DNA of 62,684 bases, filler included, from Globobulimina sp. (taxonomy: Eukaryota), in NCBI GenBank assembly GCA_003354225.1. It is 42 parts of 42 records of this genome, joined end to end, with 100 filler letters (N's around TTAATTAATTAA, not from the genome) between each part and the next. Parts side by side here need not be neighbours in the genome. Positions count along the whole stretch, not along the records: positions 35,893 to 37,287 come from PIVH01017380.1; positions 37,388 to 38,781 come from PIVH01017381.1; positions 38,882 to 40,275 come from PIVH01017382.1; positions 40,376 to 41,769 come from PIVH01017383.1; positions 41,870 to 43,263 come from PIVH01017384.1; positions 43,364 to 44,757 come from PIVH01017385.1; positions 44,858 to 46,251 come from PIVH01017386.1; positions 46,352 to 47,745 come from PIVH01017387.1; 34 more parts are not named here. One strand, written 5' to 3'. A program made the translations under genes and the position numbers. Shown here in pieces: positions 35,907-49,339 of this stretch; within the stretch, counting starts at the first letter, position 1; the number at the start of each line of letters is the position of its first letter. The notes beneath the pieces were generated by a model. That model made no database searches. It was not told where the DNA came from and saw nothing but the letters and a program-made list of their open reading frames with translations.

Positions 35907-37287
35907 TCATGGGTTCATGTATAAATGTCGTATTTTTTGTGCGTGCCCTAATGACACAAGATCTGATGTGCATTGTTGAGCTGTGCTGGTTCCATTTGAT
36001 TCATATATTTTAGAAATCAAATAAATTTTATTCATTCTTGGTTTCCATTTCAATTCAAACAAATCATTAAAATACATCATCAAATCCTTCATTTTACCCT
36101 GATAAACTGCTCTAAGTTCACGATTAAAATAAAGGCGATAGGCTGACACAACATGATCTAAACGAATCGCATACTCATTTTGTGCCAGAATTTCCATTTC
36201 TTTTCGCTGTTTCTCCATTTCATTTTCATAGCTGACATAGCGCTGTGTATCTGACTGTAATTTAAAAACTTGTTTTGAATGAATGTTAGATTGCTTAAAT
36301 TCTTGTAACTGCTTCAATGTTTTGCTTAGCCAATAATGATTTGTTGCGCTGTTTGGATAATAATTAACAGCAGTTTCAAATTGAATTTTTGCCTCATTGT
36401 ATCTTCGCTGATTATATAGAAATATTCCATAAAAATATTGCATTTTACCCATTTGATATTTACATTTCACTGCTTCTTTGTAATATTTTTCAGCTTTATT
36501 GTATTGGTGTAAATGTTCCAATGTTCGCGCATAACCTAAACATGAATGAGAATGATAGCGTACATGCGATAATTCGACTGCTTTAACAAAATATGGTTCA
36601 GCTTCAGCATATTTTCTTTGATGAAATAGAAAGTATGCATATTGACCGTAATTTACGTCAAAATCACTTTGCTTTATTGCAATTTTAAAATAATGGTCCG
36701 CTGCGTCATGATGTTGTAAAAATGCTAACGAAGTGGCGTACCGTGAAGGGAGCTCACTGTCACTTGGTGATAATTTCATTAGTTTTGATAATTCCAACAA
36801 TAATATTTGAGGGTGCCTCCACGAATTATTTTATATTTATGAGCAAAATATAAAAACTTATCTTTGTCCGCATCATTTTGCATGTGTTCATGAATGTATT
36901 TAATGACTGGCAATGAGCAAATTGAGTTTACGCTGGCCTTAATAATCTCCGTTTTAATTGCACCATAAATTAATTTATTAGACCGTTTCAAATCATATGC
37001 TTCTGTTTCGTCCAAAGTTGCATCGCAAAAAGCTTTGTTGTCACTAATGGCAACACCGATAATTGTCTCTATTTGGTCCATGTGTTGTAATGACAAACCA
37101 TTCAAAACTTGCGTTGAAATGATGTGATATGTTTTGCATTTATTCTTTGTTAATTTAATATTTTCATCAACAGACTCTATGAATAATATTTCTGTTGCAA
37201 TATGTAACTTATATTTGTTTGATAATGATTGGATATGTTGTTGCAAAGTAAATGATTTGTCATCACTTCCAATAATGTCCGCATCTG
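35907..37287 (-). CDS. TPR-repeat protein with one frameshift near 36805
   Basis: YAYFL....KYAEAEPYFVKAV, YARTL....YNKAEKYYKEAV, YGIFL....RYNEAKIQFETAV..YP; two overlapping ORFs offset by one base. Confidence 0.75.
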
Positions 37288-37387
37288 NNNNNNNNNNNNN
37301 NNNNNNNNNNNNNNNNNNNNNNNNNNNNNNNTTAATTAATTAANNNNNNNNNNNNNNNNNNNNNNNNNNNNNNNNNNNNNNNNNNNN

Positions 37388-38463
37388 ACAAATAACGCGA
37401 CCAGTTCAAGGTCGTGTGACACTGACGCGGATTGTGAATGTTCACCATCAATTCCTCGAACTTGTAAATTATTTCTCTTTGCAATATCTTCAAATAATCG
37501 TTTATTTAAAGCTGTTAACGGAATACGAATATGAACCGATGCTCTTTCCCCACATCCAATATTTGTCGGACAGGTTGTTAAATATCCAAATTGTCGATTA
37601 TATACAAATTGTAATTTATTATTTATTGCATAAACAGCTTTCTGTAAACGATTAAAAACAGATTTAATATTTGCACCTTTTTCCATTGATATTATCCTTA
37701 AATGATCCTCTTCATTCACCCAAACTAAAAATGTCTTCTTCTTATTGAAGAATATGCCCCTTCCACTTGGCCAATACTTATTAATTCCTGCGGAGTCTAA
37801 AAATCTGTCTCCTTTTTTAAATAAGAAATGATTTCCTACCAATTCTTGTCTTGTCTCCTCATCCATATTAGTTAATGAGTAATAGTCACCCAATAAATCA
37901 TTATCCACAAAGCCTAGCCCTTGGAAAATAGCTTTCATTTTATTTTCCAGCTCAATGGTTTGTTGTTTTGTCATTCCAGCTCGCAATGGATAACCAACAA
38001 TGTTTCGAGCAACGCGTATTCTCGTTGATATAATAAATTTATTTTGTGGATCTAAATCAGCTGCAAATGTATCATCAAATTGAAAATCTTGGGTTGGATG
38101 GACAAAACCTTGCAATGTTTGTAATTTATGATAATCGATAATCAGCGGATGGAATAAATCCGAAAATATATCATATGCTTCAACATCACTTGCATAAACA
38201 CCAATGCCTGAATCTAAATTCTCAATTCCTGATTTTATACATGACAGCAAATCATATCCTTGCTTGGTTTTTTTCTCTTTTAACTTATTGAAAATTTCTT
38301 TTGTTAAATATTTTTTCAATAATGATTTTGTCGCTGACTTTTCTAATTTCAAATACAAACTTTCTACTGTTGATTCTTTGCACGTGGCTTCTTCAGAAGC
38401 AAAATTTAAACCATTTACCGACAGTAAACAAACCATACAAACACATAATAAATGGAGTGACAT
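37388..38463 (-). CDS. Arginine (phosphagen) kinase with N-terminal signal peptide (3' partial)
   Basis: KSLLKKYLT, DSGIGVYA, STRIRVARN, WPSGRGIF, WVNEEDHLRIISM, YLTTCPTNIG, RGIDGEHS; leader MSLHLLCVCMVCLLSVNG. Confidence 0.95.
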
Positions 38464-38518
38464 TGTTCTGGAGTTTTTTAACAATGATCTTTTAGTAAGC
38501 TTTGGAATGTAACTATCA

Positions 38519-38781
38519 ATGAAACATTACAGACAACAATCGAACATTTTATCATTATTTATCTCATGCTATCAATCCATATGCGAGATGCTGCATCAAC
38601 TGTGTTTTGCATTGACATCAACTTTTAATAAATTTCGAAAATATTCATTAATCGCAAAAATATTCTGGTCATTATTCATTATACTTTTATTAGCCACACT
38701 GTTTCATATAATATTGACTGACGACACAATTGCATCAACATCTACAATGCCTATAAATAACAACAAAATTAATGAAGATCT
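38519..38781 (+). CDS. 5' end of a type II membrane protein
   Basis: Basic residues then hydrophobic helix IFWSLFIILLLATLFHIIL; open to contig edge. Confidence 0.5.
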
Positions 38782-38990
38782 NNNNNNNNNNNNNNNNNNN
38801 NNNNNNNNNNNNNNNNNNNNNNNNNTTAATTAATTAANNNNNNNNNNNNNNNNNNNNNNNNNNNNNNNNNNNNNNNNNNNNATATGTTTAAAGCGAGAAA
38901 GAAATTAATTACCAAAATACAACATTTTTTCTGCTGCTTGGATGTTACAAATCTTTTCTACATTTTTAACATTTATGTACGCTTTAGACA

Positions 38991-40275
38991 ATGAGCAACA
39001 GTCAGACCAAACTTTCCATCATCACTACACACCACAATATCACCACTAAATCCCTCACCACATCATACATGAATCAATACATCACTGTGTTGACATTCAC
39101 TATAAGCTTTGTATTATTTATCTCCTATTTATATTACAAAACATCGCATCATCAAAATGCATCCGGATTAATTATCACATCCTTCAAAAACATTCCAGTA
39201 AAAATAGTCTCAAATGCAGCATCATTAAAACTTGTAATACATGAATTATTATCATACAAACCATTATATTTAGGCGTTGATTGTGAATGGAGGCCAAACA
39301 CCAAACATCAAGCAATACAAAACAAAGTATCAGTTATCCAAATCGCACACAAACACTTAATAATATTAATCCGTTTGAATAAAATTAAAAACATTTATGA
39401 CGCGTTCATATCGTCGGGGTTATTATCACTGTTTTCAAACACCGAGATAATAAAATGTGGTGTTGGTATCTTTCAAGATAAAAAAAAATTATTCCGAGAT
39501 TATAGTATTAATATATTTGGATGCATTGAACTGAATGATTTATATAAAAAATACCATACAAATACAGATAATAATCATTGCTTTATGGGATTGAAGACAT
39601 TAAGCAAACTAATATGTAATATCGATATGAAATATAAGTTTCAGGATAAATCAGTAACATTATCTGATTGGGCAACGAGTAATAATTTGACTGAAAAACA
39701 GATAATTTATGCAGCTGAAGATGCAATTGTTGGATATGATATTTGTGATAAATTAATAAAAATGAATATAGAAACGGAAGCGATTATAAATTCGGACTTA
39801 ATCGAGGATATATGTTTTGGTATTATGGATTTAAATAAATCAAAATCTTTTGTAGATAAAAGACCTAGCGACAATTGTCACAAAAATAAGAATAAAAAAG
39901 GTAAAAATAATAAGAGTTCGTATGAGAAATATTGCTATGAGGAAAAAGAGACATTGTTATATGATAATTGTAAGATATTAAAGCCGAATGGCGATTTTTT
40001 AAGTTGGTGCAGAAGGAAGACATTGGATCGATATATTAATAAAGGGTTTGCAGAGAGAGTGGATCCAAGAACGATTAAATTAAACTTTGAGCCAGAAAAC
40101 TTTAACAAAAAACCGAGTGTTGAGGTTGTGCTTGGCTTTAAAAAAAATGAGTGTTGTGTTTGTGGTGAAAGGAAGAAGAAATTAATGAGATATTTTGTTG
40201 TGCCGTTGTTATATCGAAGATTTTTTCCATTATCAGTTAACGAGGAAGCATGGAGAAGACATGATATGTTGCCAC
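38991..40275 (+). CDS. EXD2: EXD2-like 3'-5' exonuclease with TM anchor and HNH-like C-terminal domain (3' partial)
   Basis: TM segment; LGVDCEWRP, IIKCGVGIFQD, SDW....LTEKQIIYAAEDA; LYDNC....PNG.FLSWC, KLNFEP, NECCVCG, VVPLLYRRFFP, HD. Confidence 0.88.
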
Positions 40276-40375
40276 NNNNNNNNNNNNNNNNNNNNNNNNN
40301 NNNNNNNNNNNNNNNNNNNTTAATTAATTAANNNNNNNNNNNNNNNNNNNNNNNNNNNNNNNNNNNNNNNNNNNN

Positions 40376-41612
40376 TAATCTGTGAATTCTCTGATCCAAT
40401 CACCTTGATTTTAATTCCTTGTCTTTTTAATTTTTTTGTCTCATATAAACCAGCCTCAATTCCATCTAAAACTGATGTATAACTTTCATTATTTACTACA
40501 ATTTCAAAATGTTGCAATGATTTACATTTAAATATTTGAGGAATTACTGTTTTTAATTCTTGCGGTGATGGAGATGTTAAATCAAATCCATGCGGATCCA
40601 CACTAAAATGTGTTATATTTTGTCCGGATTTTAATATTTCATTTATTGTTCTAAGTGATGGGGACCTCAATATAACTTGTTGTAATTTGCCAAAATCAAT
40701 ATTACTAAAATCAAATCTTAATGGACGTGGAGGATAATCCAGCTCTAAAATTTGCAAATTATTCCCAAAAATATTTATTAAATCATTATTCAATGATACA
40801 TATCCTCCATAAAAACCCAATCCTTTTAATTGTGGATATAATTTCTTTAATTTTTCTTTTGCAAAAGTGGATGTAATTAAAATATTCAATAATTGAAGAA
40901 ATTCAATATTTTTAAAGTGTGTTAATAATCTCCAAAATTTGTCTTTATTGAATATATCATTCAATTTACCAAAATCAATAAAATGCACACTTTGAATATT
41001 TTTAATGTTAATAGACTTTTGATTCATAAATGGTTCAATATCTATATCATTCATTTGCTGTCCATACAAATATAAACCATCTAATTGTTTAATAATAAAT
41101 TGTCCATTTTGTGGTAATGCGAACTGATGAAATTTACTGAGATTTATTTTAAGTTTGTTTAATGATTTAAATTGCGATAAATTAATGGATGAATAATTAG
41201 TAACTTTGAGTAAATCTAATTGCATTAACATATTTGGTGAATTACATCCGATGAAAATTGATCTATTTGTTTTTTCAAACTGGAAATATTCATTTTGTTT
41301 CAGGAATGATGAAATGTGTCCAATTAATGCTTTTGGGAATTGATCGAATTTAATATTTGTTGATGATAATGATTTTGGTTTTGTTTCCCTTGATTGGATA
41401 ATTTTTGACATTATGGAATTAACATTATTTAAATTATCAGCATTAAAACTTGCACGCGATGGCGGATTAATAAAATAATGAAACAATGTCGTTGAAATTA
41501 AATCGGAATGATTCATATCGTACATTTTACCCATACATTTTAAAAACTCTCGTTTGGATAATTGTTTAATGAGTGATTTGAATTTTATTGCTGTGGCAAG
41601 TAATGTTGCCAT
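40376..41612 (-). CDS. F-box-like / LRR-like hypothetical protein (3' partial)
   Basis: FDQFPKALIGHISSFL...YFQFEKTNRSIF is F-box-like, followed by LxxLxL repeats. Confidence 0.6.
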
Positions 41613-41869
41613 CTTCCAAAAGATTTTATGGTGATGCTTGATAAGATTATTTGCTATAGCAGTAAGACTAAAAGCGTCACATAAATTGAAAAAGTGCGGC
41701 GCCGACTATCTCGTTAAGATCCTAAAACTTGGCTTTATTCTATGGAATTTATGTTGGTTCACTTGGTTANNNNNNNNNNNNNNNNNNNNNNNNNNNNNNN
41801 NNNNNNNNNNNNNTTAATTAATTAANNNNNNNNNNNNNNNNNNNNNNNNNNNNNNNNNNNNNNNNNNNN

Positions 41870-42138
41870 GAAACATTGACATTGGATATCGCTTCATCTT
41901 TTTTTTGATTCATTTTTCTTTTAAATGCGTTGCATATATGTTTTTGTGGTATTAATTTATCCAATTCTGTGTCTGTTAAGTTTAATAATTTGGTACCATC
42001 AATGTTGCTGAAATTATTCACATATTGCTTCATTGGACCTAATTTTTGTATCCAATCTGTTGTGACAGCGTGTAAAGCATAACAGTGTTGTAGATGTTGT
42101 ATCGATTGTTTTGATATCGTGCATACCTGATACATCAC
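41870..42138 (-). CDS. SAM-like domain fragment
   Basis: VTTDWIQKLGPMKQYVNNFSNIDGTKLLNLTDTELDKL. Confidence 0.5.
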
Positions 42139-42306
42139 GTTTTGACCATCGTGTAATGTGTTTCTCCGTCCACGTGGCTTTTGACTCTGTCATATTTGGG
42201 GACCCTTCAAATACTGACCCAACACTTGGAGGGTAGTTACCAATGGTTGAAATCTTAGGGTCACTAATTAATTCACTTCACTGCAGGTTTTGGGTTATCC
42301 AATATC

Positions 42307-43263
42307 ATGGGTGCTTGTTGTGGAAGCACTTTACCTCCAGAGAACAAACCAAACATTGAATCAGCCACATTTGTATGTTCATATACATTATGCCTTCAAA
42401 AGTTAGAACATATTATATTAATTATAAGACTGCAACGAGAGCATCAACAATTCTAAAACACAATGATCCCGAATTACAGGCATTGATAAAACAACAATCA
42501 CAAAATACAAATATTGTTCCAACAGATGATGATGATGACGATAACGATGAACAGGAGCCATTGAATCCAAATAACAACACTGCAGATGATACGACTCATA
42601 TGAGTGAAGGTATAAAATCAATAGAAAGAGACATAACTACCGTACCAAATCTGCGTATACGTAATCCATCAAAATCAAAATCACAAAAACGAAAACACCA
42701 AAGTGTTCCTTCAGGATCACTTGACTCGGCTATTATGCCTGAAAATATTGCATCATCAATGAGTACTGATACAGGCTCATTACTCGCACAGTCCCCATTT
42801 GTTATGTTTTATATTATTTTTTGAATAACAAACTCATGCACGATATAATTAACAGGATCAAAAAATAGCGATATTGAACGAAAAAGACAAGAAAATTAAT
42901 TTGTTTCCTAAAAACAATAATTTATTTAAAAGGAAACCAACAGCCAAACACATAATATCTGATAAATATCTGTTAAACATGGATGACATTAAAACATGGT
43001 CTGACAACATATCCTTTCAATTGGCAAACAATGCATTGATTCATACGCATTCTGTTGATAAATGTCAACTAAATATTGACCAATGTCAATGCATCAACAG
43101 ACTTATTTTTATGCTAAAATTATATGATCAATGTATTAATCATAAATTAAAACAAACCAAGTATGACATTGAACAATTAATGCAATATTTCTCACCATAT
43201 GAAGACTATCAATGCATAAATGATTATTTCCATTTTATGGACTATCATCGTTCTCACCTCAAA
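42307..43263 (+). CDS. Putatively myristoylated/palmitoylated hypothetical protein (3 exons, 3' partial)
   Basis: Starts MGACCGST; phase-0 introns 42373-42428 and 42801-42855 join the ORFs. Confidence 0.75.
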
Positions 43264-43363
43264 NNNNNNNNNNNNNNNNNNNNNNNNNNNNNNNNNNNNN
43301 NNNNNNNTTAATTAATTAANNNNNNNNNNNNNNNNNNNNNNNNNNNNNNNNNNNNNNNNNNNN

Positions 43364-44757
43364 ATACATTTGATCGCAACGATTTTATTTATCTCAATCT
43401 CCGCTTGTTTCTGGGTAATTTTCCCTTTTTTACATCTTTGCTTGATTGCATTGATTCTTTTTTTAATATATCTAGCTTGCTCCGGGCAGTCAAAATGAGT
43501 CACAAATTTCTTACCACATACACAGGTCGGCGCAGTTGCGATAAATTCATAATACATATTAGTCCGCAACAACAGCATATATTTACACGTTGCACCACAT
43601 CGAAATTTCATTGAGGGATAATTTAATGATTCATCACCAGCGACCAATTTAGGATTTATTCCTTTTAATGTTACCGGCGTAATATACACATTCTTGTCAT
43701 CAAAAATTAAATCGTACTTAAACGGTTTGCCAATGCTTTGTATACAGTCATCAGCCGCAACAAAATTAATCATTTTCTTCCAGCTATCCTCTTTTATCCA
43801 CCATGGCTGTTCTAAATCGCATCCCGTTTCATTGCTCATTTGGAATAAAGTGTTTCTGCACCATCGTCTATTTTTGATTATATTGGTAATAATAACATCA
43901 TCTGAATCAGCCGCATATTTTTCAATCAATTTCAAGATATTCACATATTGCGTATTAATTTCATTCGTCAAATCAGCAAACCACAATTCTGAATTAATTG
44001 AGTCATCACTTAACGTTTCCGCACAATTATTGGTGTCCTCTTTCATCGGAGTTGGATTTGAACGTTCTTCATTTAATTCGGACTGCGCCTTTTTGAGTCT
44101 TTCCAATTTAATCTGATATGGATTAATCAATGCATTTAATAGCGGTTTATAATCAATTTGGGTCATATCGTAATCATTTTGCATCGCACTTTTAATTGTA
44201 TACAATATAAATGTGGATTGTATATTTGCTTTGATTTTGTTTGTAATAATTCGCTGCAAAGAGTTATTATTTAATATATTTAATGGTATGTTCAATAAAC
44301 ACATATTAACCGGACGCCAAATTAAATTCTTTTTAATGTATACAATTTCGATATCATTATACTCAAATCGCGGGAATGGGATATCCCACTCAAGATCCAT
44401 TAATATTGATTCTGTGCTGGATCCAATGGCAGGGTCTAAATGCAATATTCTTTTATCATTTATATAGATCGTCGACGGGATTAAATGATGGATAACTAAT
44501 CTATGAATTGGATGATCTGTATTTGTGTTTTTGTATAAGATTTGAATCGCTTTCTGATAGTCCGGGTTTTTGCCACTAATTAAATTCTGGAACTTATATG
44601 TCGGTGAATAAATATTTAACGAATTCGACGAGATTTGAACGTTGCTAATTTCACATAAATTTTCTAATTGCCAGACTTCTTTAAAATCCTTTAAATTCGC
44701 CGCTTCTTTCTCCAAATCAATTTTTTCAAATCTACAATCCCATATTTCTCCATTTTT
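43364..44757 (-). CDS. Long intronless ORF of unknown function
   Basis: About 450 open codons; Cys/His cluster (CGATC...CVCGKKFVTHFDC) near the end; no family recognised. Confidence 0.6.
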
Positions 44758-44987
44758 NNNNNNNNNNNNNNNNNNNNNNNNNNNNNNNNNNNNNNNNNNN
44801 NTTAATTAATTAANNNNNNNNNNNNNNNNNNNNNNNNNNNNNNNNNNNNNNNNNNNNATGCCGATCATATATTTGAATAATCCACAACAAAAAACAAAAA
44901 AAAAAAGGAAAAAAATAAAACACATATCGGAAACATTACATATTAAATCAAAGAAACTTAAAAAAATAATATTTACACGCTTTCCCG

Positions 44988-46251
44988 TCATATTCTACAC
45001 AAAAGCGTATAGTCACAATTTGTAGAATCATACTTTATATTCAAATAATTTTGTAACTTTAAATGAGTTTGATTATCATTTATATTTGGAAATATTTGCC
45101 ATTTCTGTATATTATCCCTCTCATCGTAAAATTCACAATTTGTAGCATTTGCAATCCATAATATCTGTTTACATTCATTTTGTAACGAATTCCAAATACA
45201 GGAATTATTTTGTCTATAAATATATTTTGTTTTTATTCCTTTCGCTCCCAATCCCATCTCATACCATTTATGTTTATACAAATCATAATATCCACAGTTC
45301 CTTTCTTGTCCGCCAATATAATATATATTCTCATTAATAGTGTCAGAAAATAAACAGCCATTATGTGCAATATACGGCACACATTGCGCAGTTTGGATCC
45401 ATTTCTGCGCCGCAAATGAATATATCTCGGCATATTTGGCATGATGTCCCTGCGTATCACCAACAATAAACAACAACTTATCCGTACACATTAACGATGG
45501 CCGTGTCCGACTCCATTTCATTTGGCGTCCAAATCTATTCCATTTCCACTCATTCTCAGAATGCAAGTTATCGTTAAATTGCAATGAAAAAATATCAAAT
45601 TTATTATCGCAATATGCCAATAATTGTTTGCGATGCGAATCGAATAATATCTGACACCGTTTCTTCTGCGGTAAACACGGCAAATTCAGAGAATATCCAT
45701 TATAATTCTTATGAATGGCTGATTTATGTTGTTTTGATTTTAACTGTGCTTTCCAGCCAATATGGCGAGATTTAAAGGCATAATGATCGGTATAATGATG
45801 ATTAAAACTGTGACAATCGACAATTAACGCCACTGCTTCATTTGTATATTGTTTATCATTTTGATTATTGCTCAGGTTATAGCCACCACATTTAAATAAA
45901 ACATCGTAATGATGGTTCGGCTCAAACAGCGATGGTTTGATCTTACGGATAAACTGCGGCATCGATATATTGCAGGCAACCGTAAAGGCGCATTCTTTCT
46001 TATTCCACGACTTATCTTTGATGACACGGCCATTCTGCTGACTTTTCGTAATATTGATCACTTTCCGCTGACTCTGGCAGGAATGGCGACATTTATTGAA
46101 CGATTTCATATCATAAAAGCACAAATTTGCTGCTTTCCCATGATTTAAATCCGTCATTTCAACATTATCATATTTCAGCGGCAAGGATCGAAACACCGTC
46201 TTTGCCATCGACAGTACAAATATCTGTGGATGAATTTGAAAGTAATAATCC
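44988..46251 (-). CDS. Divergent kelch/beta-propeller protein
   Basis: LFKCGGY, LFIVGD, IYYIGG blades with Y(D/S)...KW spacing. Confidence 0.7.
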
Positions 46252-46351
46252 NNNNNNNNNNNNNNNNNNNNNNNNNNNNNNNNNNNNNNNNNNNNTTAAT
46301 TAATTAANNNNNNNNNNNNNNNNNNNNNNNNNNNNNNNNNNNNNNNNNNNN

Positions 46352-47745
46352 CAGATATCTTATATTTTGAAGATGTATTTGAATCTTGTTTTCTATCATT
46401 GTCACTGTCCACATCATCACAATTAACCCGTTTATACGGACTGTTTCCAACCGATTTCGAGCCAGACCCAAGAGCTGGTTTTGCAAATGCATTAATATCG
46501 ACATTTAATGATAAATCTTGTGCTTCCATTATACCTAAATTCAAATCGACCCTTTTATTCTTTTTATTTTTATTTCTATTTTTTTTGTTTCTATTGTTTT
46601 TATTTACAAACTTTTGTTTCCGTGCTATATTTGCACCAATTTTACTATACTTTTCATCCGAATCTGTTTTATTTCCAGCCCCAATGTCCAATATTTTAAC
46701 TTCATCACATCCTCGCAATGAAATACACAATTTATATTTGGCAAACTTATTAATATTTGACCACGCTGCACCACAGTCGTACATATTTATTTTAAATGAT
46801 AACGTACCGCGATAATAATCCACAATCACTGATATAACATCGCCCACTTTTGCTGGCCGCAATGCTTTGTTTTTATTGGCATCGTAGTATTTCATACCAG
46901 TCTTTTTATTGTGAAATATATTCCCATTATTCATATACATTCCATATCCACCAACTTCAGTAAAATTAGTATCCATATAACCTGTAAAATTGCTATCCAT
47001 CACTCCGATCATGCAACTAAATGCTCTCCGATTCGAATCCATTTTTTTCAACAATATCTTCCAGATATTCACGCCTGCACTCACTGCAATGCTCCCAAAA
47101 CAATTGCGCCATTTTCCAGGCACAGCACGGGTCAATATCTTCTTATTCACCAATCCGATTCTCAAATCTTTGTGTTTTGTGCGCGGATCCCATTTATCCT
47201 TAATATAATTAAAGCCCATTTTCTGTACTTTGATAGAAAACACATTGGACTGTACATAGTTAGTAGTCAACGCTTGTTCGGAACCTAACAACTTTATCCG
47301 TACTAGAAACTTGCCATATTTCCGCACATTTATTTCATGCATGTTATGGATCGCTTTATACAAACTGAAATCGAAATGTTTGCTCATCCATCGATTCAAC
47401 ATTAACTTTTTCTTCTTATTATTTTGCTTAAATATTTTAATATTTTTCTTTTGTTCCTCTGCAACTTCGGGCCGTAACGGTTGAATCACTGCAAAATTCA
47501 TTAAATTCGATTCCATTTTCTGAATATATCCAGAATGATTTACTGCGACTGGCACAGACACAGCATGCATGTCATTAATCTGTTCCATTTGTTTACTGTC
47601 GTGCTGTTGTTGCATACTTATCTCATAATTGGCCATAGATTTCGATCTATAAACATCGCCTGGTATATGTTGTGGGCGCGAGTTCCTAGCCACCATTCCA
47701 TCCGTTATTTGCAATTCATTTTGCAACAAACCGTTTCGTGAAATA
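46352..47745 (-). CDS. B30.2/SPRY-like domain protein (partial)
   Basis: NCFGS......IWKI, MIGV, GYG......IFH, KVGDVISVIVD...GTLSFKIN..DCG.AW.....YKLCISL. Confidence 0.75.
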
Positions 47746-47845
47746 NNNNNNNNNNNNNNNNNNNNNNNNNNNNNNNNNNNNNNNNNNNNTTAATTAATTA
47801 ANNNNNNNNNNNNNNNNNNNNNNNNNNNNNNNNNNNNNNNNNNNN

Positions 47846-47955
47846 GACAGATTTATGATTCATTGGTTGATAACCTACAAAATCCGAAAATATATGTCAT
47901 TCATGATGATGCTCGCGTGTATCCAATGTTTATCGTGTATTTCACGAAAAAATAA
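47846..47955 (+). CDS. C-terminus of a PARP-family ADP-ribosyltransferase domain
   Basis: Not in the ORF track; QIYDSLVDNLQNPKIYVIHDDARVYPMFIVYFTKK-stop matches the end of PARP12/14-type catalytic domains. Confidence 0.8.
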
Positions 47956-48022
47956 TCATGTTATAAATGTCAATTAAATTAAAAAAAACCCTGAAAACAA
48001 AGCTCGCTCAACATATCTGATC

Positions 48023-49239
48023 ATGGGTTGTGCTCTCACTGCACCAAAGGAAGAAATAGGTACTGTATGTTTTACATTAATTACATACAACAATTAATAG
48101 CTTGATAACTGTTTAGATGCAACGGAACAAAAACAAATTTTGACGGATAATATCGATTTGAAACAACAATTAAGTGACTTACAACAAGAAAAGGATCAAA
48201 TGCTACGACAAAAGAACAATCTCAATCCTTCTCCAAAACAACAAAACAATTATTCTGAAATTTATAAACTGCAAAACGAAATTCTGTCATTAAAATCACA
48301 AAGTAAAAGTAAAGCAGTGTGTGGCATGAAAAACGAAATCGTTTCTTTAGAAAACGAAAATAAACAAAAACAGACAGAAATACTGCAACACGAATATGTT
48401 ACATTAACACAATTGTCAGACATCCGAGCAATGGAACTGGAGCGCAACACAATTTTGCAAGAATTCAAAGAATATGAAAGTATGAGCTCCTCTTTGCGCT
48501 GGAAAACGGAAAACCCTTTGGATTGGCTAAAATATGCAAAAGTATCCATTTTAAACAACTTCCTGCAATTAAACGACAATAAAACAGCAATCACTTTGTT
48601 GTTCGCATCGAAATGGAATGTAAGAGAGGCCATTGACGAATATTACATCATTAAACATAAAATAGACATTGAATATGAACAAGTGTGGCAATGGAAGGAT
48701 GATAATAATGCTTGGAAAAGATACAATGATTCCGAACTTCAACTGATTCGCCAATTAAATGACGACGTACCTGATACTTTGGAATTTTCTCGAGCTGGCA
48801 CTACATATAGTTTTCATAAAATATGTTCAGATTTTGGGGAACAAATTAATCTGAAAACAAATAAAAAGCGCGAAACCAGAAAAGTTAAGCTAAAAATAAA
48901 TAAATCCGATAACATTCAAGTCACAGAAATATGGGAATGGCAAAATGATAAAAAAAATTGGGTTCCTTATAATCAGCAGCAAACAAAACATATTTCTCAG
49001 ATGGAAGTCGGTGCAGTTTATACTTTTTGTGCTGGCAAAAGTTATTATCGTTTTTGTAAACTTTCTGTAGATTATGGGGAACAAATAAATACCGCAACAA
49101 AATATAAACGAGTCGCTCGAAAGAGAGAGATTCAGAAAATAAATGCTGTGCGATATCCAGACTTTTGGTCCGATGATGGCTGTTATTATCATGACTTTGA
49201 TAAAAAAAAGTTATATTATCAGAGTTCGGAGGAGATAGC
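48023..49239 (+). CDS. Putatively myristoylated coiled-coil + UBA-like + tandem WWE protein, likely PARP (2 exons, 3' partial)
   Basis: MGCALT start, intron 48060-48116; FLQLND...AITLL.ASKWNVREAIDEYY; VWQWKDD...WKRY...QINLKT...R and IWEWQND...WVPY...QINTAT...R; then YPDFW. Confidence 0.8.
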
Positions 49240-49339
49240 NNNNNNNNNNNNNNNNNNNNNNNNNNNNNNNNNNNNNNNNNNNNTTAATTAATTAANNNNN
49301 NNNNNNNNNNNNNNNNNNNNNNNNNNNNNNNNNNNNNNN

